This document shows positions 37,203 to 44,721 of a stretch of 64,000 nucleotides of DNA, in pieces. How positions within the stretch are numbered: the stretch's first letter is position 1; every line of letters starts with the position of its first letter. Position numbers and translations under genes: made by a program. The notes beneath the pieces were generated by a model. It was not told the origin of the DNA, did not search any database, and was given only the letters and a program-made list of their open reading frames with translations. Origin of the DNA: a virus (taxonomy: Duplodnaviria > Caudoviricetes); the IMG/VR virus record IMGVR_UViG_3300021425_002620. One strand, 5' to 3'.

Positions 37203-37603
37203 GATACTGAACTTTTGTTTTTATCAATTGGTACAACATTAATATATCCTGCACCTCTGTCGGTATCTAATCCTTCTTCGCCTAGCATATTATAAACAAT
37301 ATCACGGAACCAACGATCTACAATTTCTTCTTCTGCATCGTTTTCAATTCCGTATCCTGCTTCAATTAACTGTGCGATAAAATACTTATTCCAGTCCATT
37401 TCAAAGAATCCGTTTCGAACGTTATCTTCATTTACTTTAACATCAAGTACACTTACCCAAGGCTCTTTGCGTCTTGTAGCATACTCTTTTGGATTCTTCT
37501 TTTTAAGAAGTTCCATTTCTTCTTCTTCAACACGGGCTTTTTCTTCAGCAATTCGCTGTTCTTCTTTATCTAATCCTGTTAGTTTTTTAAAGAACTCTTT
37601 CAT
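37199..37603 (-). CDS. Hypothetical protein
   Basis: 134-aa ORF with GGAGG RBS and ATGA overlaps. Confidence 0.75.
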   Translation of the reverse strand: MKEFFKKLTGLDKEEQRIAEEKARVEEEEMELLKKKNPKEYATRRKEPWVSVLDVKVNEDNVRNGFFEMDWNKYFIAQLIEAGYGIENDAEEEIVDRWFRDIVYNMLGEEGLDTDRGAGYINVVPIDKNKSSVS

Positions 37604-37719
37604 AGTCCTGCCTCCCTAGCTCTTGTTTCTAAAGTATCAACAACACGAGCTTGTTTAGATTTATTTTCTTGTCTTTCGAAGTCATCTGGATCGAAAGCAT
37701 TTTCAAGTCCCCCATGCAT
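37600..37719 (-). CDS. Possible small protein (39 aa) filling the gap after queE
   Basis: MHGGLENAFDPDDFERQENKSKQARVVDTLETRAREAGL; stop forms ATGA overlap with the next gene. Confidence 0.4.
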   Translation of the reverse strand: MHGGLENAFDPDDFERQENKSKQARVVDTLETRAREAGL

Positions 37720-38599
37720 TTCCGAATAAGGAGATGTGGAGTCTCGGGGTAAAACGCCATCCTTTTTCCATGCATAACTCTGCGACTTCTTGGACGTTGA
37801 GATTGTATTCTTCACTACGTCCGCCCAGCGGCATACAGTAGACCGGACATTCAATTCCGGCACTTTTATATTCGTCAACAGCTCTGCCAACTTCTGCAAC
37901 GTCAGTTGCATCAGCGACAACAAACTTAAGATAAATGTCACTACCATTAATGCCGAAATACTCACTAGCAATGTCAGGCTTAATAGCAGTATCCCAAGGT
38001 TCTCCGCTAACTGAAAGTTTTGGGGAACAACTCCAAGTGACTTCAAATCTGTCTTGATTGCTAAGATAATCTTTGAAATCTTCTCGTAACTTTTGAGTAG
38101 TATTTGTTTCAAATGTAACATTTTTCAAATCCTGCATCTTAGGATGCTCAAATAAATCGATGTAGAGTTTTTGCCAACCTAGCAAAGGCTCTCCACCTGT
38201 TAGTATTAAGTGAACATCTTGACCATTGTCCATTGTCCACTTGCCTTCTGGTGTAAGACTAAGTAAGTGTTCAACTACTTCGTCTACAGTTTTATCCATC
38301 ATAAACTTTTTAAATTCAGGATAGATACTTGCATAAGTATCACAACCTGTATGTATGATAGGTAAATCGTCAAACTTTTCAACAGTATTAATTATATTAC
38401 TATCGAGCAAATCTTTTACTTCAGGATTATGTTTGATACCTTGTTTTTGTTTCTCATCACGCATAGGCTCATCACGACCTAAACCAAAGTTCATGCAACG
38501 AAAGTTACAACCAAATGTTCTTAAGAACACACTAGGGACTCCAACAAACTTGCCTTCACCCTGTACACTATAAAATGCTTCTGAATAACGTAACTTCAT
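37703..38599 (-). CDS. queE: 7-carboxy-7-deazaguanine synthase (radical SAM)
   Basis: YSEAFYSVQGEG...PSVFLRTFGCNFRC...CDT, LTGGEP, ETN, SPKL, PRLHI; true start ATG 38599. Confidence 0.9.
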   Translation of the reverse strand: MKLRYSEAFYSVQGEGKFVGVPSVFLRTFGCNFRCMNFGLGRDEPMRDEKQKQGIKHNPEVKDLLDSNIINTVEKFDDLPIIHTGCDTYASIYPEFKKFMMDKTVDEVVEHLLSLTPEGKWTMDNGQDVHLILTGGEPLLGWQKLYIDLFEHPKMQDLKNVTFETNTTQKLREDFKDYLSNQDRFEVTWSCSPKLSVSGEPWDTAIKPDIASEYFGINGSDIYLKFVVADATDVAEVGRAVDEYKSAGIECPVYCMPLGGRSEEYNLNVQEVAELCMEKGWRFTPRLHISLFGNAWGT

Positions 38600-38600
38600 C

Positions 38601-39284
38601 TTAACACGCAAATTCCTGTTGTAATTTAATATTATCCATAAATTCTTTTTTAGTACCTGGATCAATCTTAAATGCACCTTTTAGCACAGTTGTCTGTGTA
38701 AGACTACTATGCGCCATAATACCGCGATTCTCACAACAACCGTGTGTTGCTTGAATGTATACACCTAAGTGATCTGCACCAGTTGCTCGTTGAATTTCAC
38801 GTGCAATATCATTTGCAAGTTCTTCTTGCAGTGTGCCACGTCTAGCACACCATTGTGCAATACGAGTATACTTTGAAAGACCAATTAATTTAGGACCTGC
38901 AATAATACCAATATATGCTACACCTGATACTGGTTGGTGATGATGTGAACACATACTCTTTAGTTCACTTCGAACTACAAGCATACCTTCATAGCGTTCG
39001 TCTGAATCATTTGGAAATGCTGTTGCACTTGGGATAGGGTCATAACGTCCTGCCATAATTTCATTAAAATACATTTTAGCAAGACGTTTTGCTGTACCTT
39101 TTGAATTAGGATCGTTATGTCGATCAATTAGTAATGTATCAAGAACTGTTTCAAATGCTGTTGTTGCTTCTTCAATTAGTTCTTCTTTATCACCTTTTTG
39201 TAGGACTTCTGAAATATTGTCGCCAGCCCAGTAGCGAATTTTTGCGTCTTCGAGACGTGCCTTAATTTGTTTGCTCTTACTCAT
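38601..39284 (-). CDS. folE: GTP cyclohydrolase I
   Basis: SMCSHH, GLSK..R, LQE, ATHGC...RG, T-fold motifs. Confidence 0.95.
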   Translation of the reverse strand: MSKSKQIKARLEDAKIRYWAGDNISEVLQKGDKEELIEEATTAFETVLDTLLIDRHNDPNSKGTAKRLAKMYFNEIMAGRYDPIPSATAFPNDSDERYEGMLVVRSELKSMCSHHHQPVSGVAYIGIIAGPKLIGLSKYTRIAQWCARRGTLQEELANDIAREIQRATGADHLGVYIQATHGCCENRGIMAHSSLTQTTVLKGAFKIDPGTKKEFMDNIKLQQEFAC

Positions 39285-39290
39285 TTTTAT

Positions 39291-39374
39291 CTCCGATGTT
39301 TAGGCAGTGGATTGCCGTGTATACTGCAAGCAATTCATTATATACAGTATACACTTATTTAGGTTTTTTGTCAA
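39291..39374 (-). promoter_or_regulatory. folE/queE promoter with nested TAAATA box and structured leader
   Basis: TTGACA (39374-39369), 17 bp, TATACT (39351-39346); TAAATA 39361-39356; 10-bp inverted repeat 39317-39326/39345-39354; GGCA-ATCCAC-TGCC hairpin 39316-39303 before CGGAG. Confidence 0.75.
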
Positions 39375-39376
39375 CC

Positions 39377-39535
39377 TTAAAGTTGTTTTCTTGCTGCTTT
39401 TTTGCGGGCTTCTTCTTTCTCCCACTTTTGGCGGTTTGTCCATTCAACTTTTTTCTTTTGATATTCTTCTTCGCTTAATGAATGCCAACCAATGCATTTA
39501 CCAGTTGGCGATCTTTTACAGCCACATAAAGCCAT
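39377..39535 (-). CDS. 52-aa CDGSH-like (3Cys-1His) iron-sulfur mini-protein, missing from the ORF track
   Basis: AGGAGA RBS; MALCGCKRSPTGKCIGWH followed by a charged helix. Confidence 0.65.
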   Translation of the reverse strand: MALCGCKRSPTGKCIGWHSLSEEEYQKKKVEWTNRQKWEKEEARKKAARKQL

Positions 39536-39547
39536 GATGTTCTCCTA

Positions 39548-39754
39548 TTAACTAAAATATTTGTCTAGCATTTCTAGACGATCATTGGCCGCAGCCATAG
39601 AATCCAATTCTTTTTGAATTGTTTCAATGATATCAGAATGTTCACCAATACCGACAACTTTTTGCATATACACTTCGATATTAGTTTTGTGCAATTCAAT
39701 CTCCGCCTCTGCGTGTTTCCTTGCTGCTCCGATCATTTGTTCTCTCAAATCCAT
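39548..39754 (-). CDS. Small helical hypothetical protein
   Basis: MDLREQMIGAARKHA...; ATG 39754 with AAGGAAAGGA RBS. Confidence 0.75.
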   Translation of the reverse strand: MDLREQMIGAARKHAEAEIELHKTNIEVYMQKVVGIGEHSDIIETIQKELDSMAAANDRLEMLDKYFS

Positions 39755-39764
39755 TTTCCTTTCC

Positions 39765-40145
39765 TTAGTATTTTTGTTTAGATGGAATGACGCCCCTAAC
39801 GCCGCCTTTCGGATCTTCCATATCTCCATCACGACGGAAGATTAAATGTACATGGGGATACATGCATGTCTGTCCAGCACTTACTCCCATATTTATGCCT
39901 ATATTGTACCCGTCAACGTTGTTATCGGCTTCTATATTTTGTTGACCCATAGCAAGTGCAAATTTAAAACATTTAAGTATTTCGTCTTGTGTTGCTTCTT
40001 TTGGAACTACAAGTGTATGACCTTCTGTTACAGGGTAGATATCTTCATAAACAACAAAGTCACGAGTGTCTAACATAACATTAGTCCAAGGCGCACGACC
40101 TTCTTCTTGGGCTTTATCTAATGTATCAGTAGTCATAATCTGCAT
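39765..40145 (-). CDS. HIT family nucleotide hydrolase
   Basis: DIYPVTEGHTLVVPK, GYNIGIN.G.SAGQT..YPHVHLI. Confidence 0.9.
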   Translation of the reverse strand: MQIMTTDTLDKAQEEGRAPWTNVMLDTRDFVVYEDIYPVTEGHTLVVPKEATQDEILKCFKFALAMGQQNIEADNNVDGYNIGINMGVSAGQTCMYPHVHLIFRRDGDMEDPKGGVRGVIPSKQKY

Positions 40146-40395
40146 CGTCTTCAAAGTCTCCCATTTCAACTTTTGATGCTTCCCATAATTCTAATACAGT
40201 TCTTAGTCCATATTGCATAACGGAAAACTCGTTTAATTCTTCTTGAAATTTTCGAACTTCGTCAATTTGTTCTTTTGATAGATCGTCAATTAAATCAACA
40301 TTATAAAATTCACAAATATATTCTTCACAACTACGAAGGATATCGTCTTCAATATTAGTTTCCCATTTATGAATTCGATCCCAATTAAATGACAT
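40126..40395 (-). CDS. Hypothetical acidic protein
   Basis: 89-aa ORF, TAATG overlap. Confidence 0.65.
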   Translation of the reverse strand: MSFNWDRIHKWETNIEDDILRSCEEYICEFYNVDLIDDLSKEQIDEVRKFQEELNEFSVMQYGLRTVLELWEASKVEMGDFEDDADYDY

Positions 40396-40595
40396 TATTT
40401 TACCTCCAACAACGGTTCAATAGTAGAAGTATCGTGCCAATCATAAATTGATTCATCTTGGTACTGATGTCTTCTACTATGTGTTTCTTTAACAAACATA
40501 CCGTCTCTTTTGCGATAAACAGTATATACTTCTTTTATAATTCCTTCTTTTTCTGCTTGTACAGCATCTTTAAAAGGTCCTTCTTTTTGTGTCAT
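40395..40595 (-). CDS. Hypothetical protein
   Basis: ATG 40595 in ATGA overlap with the PRTase stop. Confidence 0.65.
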   Translation of the reverse strand: MTQKEGPFKDAVQAEKEGIIKEVYTVYRKRDGMFVKETHSRRHQYQDESIYDWHDTSTIEPLLEVK

Positions 40596-41155
40596 TGTCC
40601 TACATTCTCCCATGGATATACAAGCCAAACATCCTCTTCGGCTTTATTTACTTCGTCAACACTATAGTCTATAGTGCCTTTGAATTCGCTTGATAAATTA
40701 TCAGTAAGAACAGCAAAGCGAACATTACGATGCCACACAGTGTCCCATGCACTTGTTTCTTGCGGCAGACAACTACTAGGCCAATCTTCTTTGATCCAAT
40801 TTAATGTTGCACCTGTGTCATTAATATCGTCTACAATAAGAATGTTTTTGCGTTTGTTTAGATCCCATCGGCTTTTATAAATTTCACGTTCTTCTTCGTC
40901 AACGTAACCAAACGCATCATCTGCCATCCAACAGTTAGTTTCACATTCGCTATCATCGTCACGCAAACTAATTTTTAATGCTTCGCAACGTACACCTAAC
41001 ATATGTGATAAAATTGTAGCAGGTACGTTACCACCACGTGTAATACCTACTATATAATCAGGCCGCCAATTATCATTATACATTTGAAGAGCAATATTTA
41101 AACATGCTCGTTCTACATCTTGCCAACTATAATATTTTTTATTCACTTTTTGCAC
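40592..41155 (-). CDS. Type I phosphoribosyltransferase (purine PRTase-like)
   Basis: IVGITRGG and PRPP-binding ILIVDDINDTGAT. Confidence 0.9.
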   Translation of the reverse strand: MQKVNKKYYSWQDVERACLNIALQMYNDNWRPDYIVGITRGGNVPATILSHMLGVRCEALKISLRDDDSECETNCWMADDAFGYVDEEEREIYKSRWDLNKRKNILIVDDINDTGATLNWIKEDWPSSCLPQETSAWDTVWHRNVRFAVLTDNLSSEFKGTIDYSVDEVNKAEEDVWLVYPWENVGQ

Positions 41156-41654
41156 CTCTTGCTAAGTATTCTTCGTTATGTATCCAACGGTATCCTGCAT
41201 CAGTAATGTCTTCTACTTTTGATGCATGTACAAACCGCATAAAACCCCATTCCTTTTGTTTACGTCCCATAAAGAACAAACTCCAACAAGGAATTTCGTT
41301 ACCGTTAGAATCTTTTTGTAATTCTAACCAATGTAAATCATCTGGCTTACGAAAGCGAAAATGTCCAGGACCTCTCCAAACGCTAGTAGAACCTACAACA
41401 ATACCTTCTTTTGAAACAACAGGTACGTGTTCCCAATAACCGCCCTTAATAATAAAAGTAGCATAACTCCAAGGATGATCATGTAGTGTAGGTTCATCAC
41501 TCTTTAAAACTTTATGTAATGTGATATTAAACGGAAAATTTTTTCTATCTTTTAGAAATACATAAAACCTTATTAGATAAGGTTCTGTACTATCGCGTTC
41601 TGTAATTACTCGACGTCTGCCAAGTTTGTCCATAAGTTTAGAAAGGAATGTCAT
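41139..41654 (-). CDS. Cupin-like protein
   Basis: LHDHPW...IIKGGYWE ... HWLEL...WSLFF.G. Confidence 0.6.
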   Translation of the reverse strand: MTFLSKLMDKLGRRRVITERDSTEPYLIRFYVFLKDRKNFPFNITLHKVLKSDEPTLHDHPWSYATFIIKGGYWEHVPVVSKEGIVVGSTSVWRGPGHFRFRKPDDLHWLELQKDSNGNEIPCWSLFFMGRKQKEWGFMRFVHASKVEDITDAGYRWIHNEEYLARGAKSE

Positions 41655-41994
41655 CGTCTAAGCCTCTTTCTTTTTGTTTACCTTTATAGTCTTGTAATAC
41701 CATATCATACACGCTTTTAAAATTGCGCCATACTTTTTCTAGTGCTGGATACTCATTACACATATCTTCAACTTGATCTGGATTAATATTTTTAGTAGTA
41801 TTGATACTAAAAGTATAATCGGATGATCCAGTCCACAAACCATCGTCAATGATAAATGAACTATCAAATGATTTATCATCAACAGTGGTAATAGTAATAT
41901 TACTTAAATCAATATCGTCAGATGTAATATCAATAGCAGTACTTACAACACTGTCACCCATATCAAGCCATATATCTTTGTTGGATTTGCTCAT
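41638..41994 (-). CDS. Hypothetical acidic protein
   Basis: 118-aa ORF in co-oriented run. Confidence 0.65.
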   Translation of the reverse strand: MSKSNKDIWLDMGDSVVSTAIDITSDDIDLSNITITTVDDKSFDSSFIIDDGLWTGSSDYTFSINTTKNINPDQVEDMCNEYPALEKVWRNFKSVYDMVLQDYKGKQKERGLDDDIPF

Positions 41995-43018
41995 ACAATG
42001 CCTTTCCGCTAAAAAATTCTTTGTTTAAAAGAGTACGTTGCTTATCCAAACTTACAAGATAATCATCATAGTTTTCTATATAGTCTCTAATTTTATTAAC
42101 AATCTCACCTCGATATTGTCTATAAGAGTTCCAATCTTCTGTCCACTTACTTGGATATTTAAATTCCGGTAATGCCATTTCACCGTAGCTCAATCTATCA
42201 GGTACTACAGGAATAGCATCTACTAGTGCGCCTTCGTACCAACTAATACCAAGTGTTTCTTGTAAGTTAGCACTAAAAACTATTTTTGCTTCGCCTAATA
42301 GATTGTGATATTCGTTTTTAGTAAGTTCACGTTCTTGACAAACTACAAATTCGTAGTCAGGTAATTGTTCTGCTAGATCACGAAAAATATCTACTTGCTT
42401 CTCAGGTGCGATGCGATGCGGAAAGAGTATAAGATTTCGCTTGTCCATGCCTTTGTATTGATCTAAACTATTGCGTAGATACTCCATAGGCCATCCTACA
42501 CGATGTGTTTTATCGTCATCGATGTCTAAACTTTCTGCAAACAAGTCTATATGAAAGTCTGTAGCATAAAAGTTATCGTCATAGCACTCATACATACTTT
42601 GTTCAGCATGACGTACCCAAGGTTTATCACCTATTAGTCTACCTAAAAAATCATGAGGATCATAACTGCCAGCATGCCATAGACCGCCCACTCCAATGTC
42701 AACGCCCAGTAGCTCAGCCATGTAGCGAAGTTGGATAACAGTCGGGTTCCATGCATCTGTATATAGGAAATAATCTCCATCTTTAATTTGTCCTTTGCAA
42801 AACATTTCGCCTATAGTTTCTAATTGTTTAGACTTATAAACATTTGTACCGCCGAAGTTAAGAAAAGCCCCAGGTGTTGTAGCCTGAGGCGTTTCTCCAC
42901 CACTGATGACAGTTACATCTTCATTCGTAGCTCGTTGCAATTGACGTGGAAGATGTTCTTTCCACTGTTTTGTGTAACGTGTGTCAACTGCTTCAATGTC
43001 TACAATGTAAATAGTCAT
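41963..43018 (-). CDS. GT-B fold glycosyltransferase (GT4-like)
   Basis: ILFPHRIAPEKQ (RxxxEK) and NLQETLGISWYEGA...PVVP donor-binding motif; LWHAG in N-terminal lobe. Confidence 0.75.
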   Translation of the reverse strand: MTIYIVDIEAVDTRYTKQWKEHLPRQLQRATNEDVTVISGGETPQATTPGAFLNFGGTNVYKSKQLETIGEMFCKGQIKDGDYFLYTDAWNPTVIQLRYMAELLGVDIGVGGLWHAGSYDPHDFLGRLIGDKPWVRHAEQSMYECYDDNFYATDFHIDLFAESLDIDDDKTHRVGWPMEYLRNSLDQYKGMDKRNLILFPHRIAPEKQVDIFRDLAEQLPDYEFVVCQERELTKNEYHNLLGEAKIVFSANLQETLGISWYEGALVDAIPVVPDRLSYGEMALPEFKYPSKWTEDWNSYRQYRGEIVNKIRDYIENYDDYLVSLDKQRTLLNKEFFSGKALYEQIQQRYMA

Positions 43019-43224
43019 TAGTTTCTCCGTGAATTTATATTCCTACCAGCATTACGTGCTTTAGCACGTAAGTAGTTTTGGTGTTTTTGATACGCCTGCC
43101 AAACAGGTGCATCTTTCTTATAAAGGTCTGCTTCATTGAAGACCTTACCTTCAAAGCGACAGTAGTCGCGAAACTTGTCCAAGTCGTCAAATACCTTATT
43201 GACAGGAGGGAAGTTATTAGCCAT
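43018..43224 (-). CDS. Hypothetical protein
   Basis: 68-aa ORF, TAATG overlap with the glycosyltransferase. Confidence 0.65.
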   Translation of the reverse strand: MANNFPPVNKVFDDLDKFRDYCRFEGKVFNEADLYKKDAPVWQAYQKHQNYLRAKARNAGRNINSRRN

Positions 43225-43238
43225 TTTGAATTTCTCAC

Positions 43239-43691
43239 TTATGCCTTTGGATAAAAAATGGAACAGCCGTTTTCGTTGTCTTCAGCGACACTAATCTCTA
43301 CAAATCGGCCGGGGTACTTTGTAGAAATCTCTTGATACAAGTCATCTGCAATCATCTCACACGACTTGTGATTTAACTCTAGTACGCCTTCGACGTCATA
43401 GAGTCGTTGCATCCAGCGTTTAAACTGAATGAATTCAATATCGCGATCGTTATGAAATACTTCAATACGAACACGAAAGTGAAAGATATGACGATGCGGG
43501 ATACCAAGGAATGATACATCATCCCAATCGCCAGTTGCTAGTTTAGGATCAGTGTCAGCACCTGGGTACATATGTACACCTTCTTTGCTAAAGGTTACCC
43601 AAATACTACGTTCTGCGTTTTTCATTATGTCTTTCATACTTTCTTCTTTTAATCTACGACCCATATAGTTGTGATAGGATTCACGTTGCAT
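43239..43691 (-). CDS. QueD-like T-fold protein with LxxxHRHxF motif (DpdL-type)
   Basis: F..EG.H.YP...FLGIPHRHIFH.RV...DIEF...K...SCEMIA...ISVAEDNENG mirrors QueD layout with HRH for HGH and no active-site Cys before it. Confidence 0.7.
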   Translation of the reverse strand: MQRESYHNYMGRRLKEESMKDIMKNAERSIWVTFSKEGVHMYPGADTDPKLATGDWDDVSFLGIPHRHIFHFRVRIEVFHNDRDIEFIQFKRWMQRLYDVEGVLELNHKSCEMIADDLYQEISTKYPGRFVEISVAEDNENGCSIFYPKA

Positions 43692-43698
43692 TGTTTAT

Positions 43699-43727
43699 AG
43701 TATACTTTCATTTAATAACTTTGTCAA
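43699..43727 (-). promoter_or_regulatory. sigma70-type promoter, probably leaderless, inside the 3' end of the upstream gene
   Basis: TTGACA (43727-43722), 17 bp, TATACT (43704-43699), 7 nt, ATG 43691. Confidence 0.75.
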
Positions 43728-44241
43728 GGCCATATTTCGTCCAATCTGTGAATTTTTCTCTATCCATTAGATCGTGCAAACTATGACACCAAACACCTGG
43801 GTTAGTTGCCTTAAAGTCTACATCGTCAATTTTGACCATTGCGTTGTAATTCCACAGTTTTGTGTAAGGCAATGGAACACGGATTTGTGGAATAAAGTTA
43901 TCTCGTTCGTTAAAACCACCGTCATGAAAAGTATCACAAGCATCAAGTGGAATATCAAGTGTACAAAGAACGTCTTTGTCTAGGAAGTAATAGATCATTT
44001 CTTCCCACTTCTTGTAATAATCGTATTCACTTTTATTTGATGCCTTAGGATTAAAACTGTGATTAGCACCAAAGAAGATGTGTTCACACTGTTCTTTTTC
44101 GTACCAAAATTCAATTTCATCTACAGGTTGTACATCTGTAACAAACAATGTACGCATACCGTAAGCAGGAGTCTTTTCAACTTCTATACCAGTAAAGAAG
44201 ATGATATTATCTGCTTCGCCTGTTTCGTAATCTCTTTTCAT
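43708..44241 (-). CDS. Hypothetical protein within the deazaguanine cluster
   Basis: 177-aa ORF with conserved-looking G.EVE.TPA.G..TLFV, HIFFGANHSF, NPGVWCH. Confidence 0.75.
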   Translation of the reverse strand: MKRDYETGEADNIIFFTGIEVEKTPAYGMRTLFVTDVQPVDEIEFWYEKEQCEHIFFGANHSFNPKASNKSEYDYYKKWEEMIYYFLDKDVLCTLDIPLDACDTFHDGGFNERDNFIPQIRVPLPYTKLWNYNAMVKIDDVDFKATNPGVWCHSLHDLMDREKFTDWTKYGLDKVIK

Positions 44242-44242
44242 A

Positions 44243-44518
44243 TCACACCTTATCGTGCATGTCAGGATTTGCTTTTAATTGTTCTATTTGATCTAAAATA
44301 GATTCTTTATGTTTTTGATAGATAGGAATATGTCTAGGGTCAGCAGCTTCTCTTGCACCACTTAACACTTTTTCACATTCTTCAAGAGCATCATTCAAAC
44401 TATCCATGCGTATTTCATACGGTGATCTTTCTTCCTGCATTGGAGGAATTTTACTAAACTGATATTCTTTATATGTATCAGCATCTGAATGATATTTTCG
44501 ATTTTTAAAATCACTCAT
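44243..44518 (-). CDS. Hypothetical protein
   Basis: 91-aa ORF, TAATG overlap. Confidence 0.65.
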   Translation of the reverse strand: MSDFKNRKYHSDADTYKEYQFSKIPPMQEERSPYEIRMDSLNDALEECEKVLSGAREAADPRHIPIYQKHKESILDQIEQLKANPDMHDKV

Positions 44519-44721
44519 TATCTTAACTCCTTTAGTTCACTTTCTAGCCTATGTATTTCATCTTTAAACCAAAGTTTTTTAGTTTTTAAGCGATTAATTT
44601 CTGAATCGCTTGCAAACTTATTATACAACTCTTTTACTTCGTCGTCAAGTTTTCTATGCTTTTGATAAAGCTCTTGTAGATAGTTTGCCAATTTATTGTG
44701 TTTCTCCGTAAAGTTGCTCAT
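44518..44721 (-). CDS. DUF465/YdcH-like small coiled-coil protein
   Basis: KHRKLDDEV...LKTKKLWFKDEI pattern. Confidence 0.65.
   Translation of the reverse strand: MSNFTEKHNKLANYLQELYQKHRKLDDEVKELYNKFASDSEINRLKTKKLWFKDEIHRLESELKELR

Noticed and set aside
37600-38121. 173-aa ORF overlapping queE
   Set aside because: Mostly an alternative frame of queE; only the last 39 codons, which fill a real gap, were kept at low confidence
38600-38677. N-terminal extension of queE given in the ORF track
   Set aside because: Lies inside folE; the QueE family start MKLRYSE at 38599 follows the folE stop directly
39285-39376. Canonical preQ1-I or THF-II riboswitch upstream of folE
   Set aside because: Expected conserved loop and tail sequences not recognisable; reported only as an unassigned structured leader
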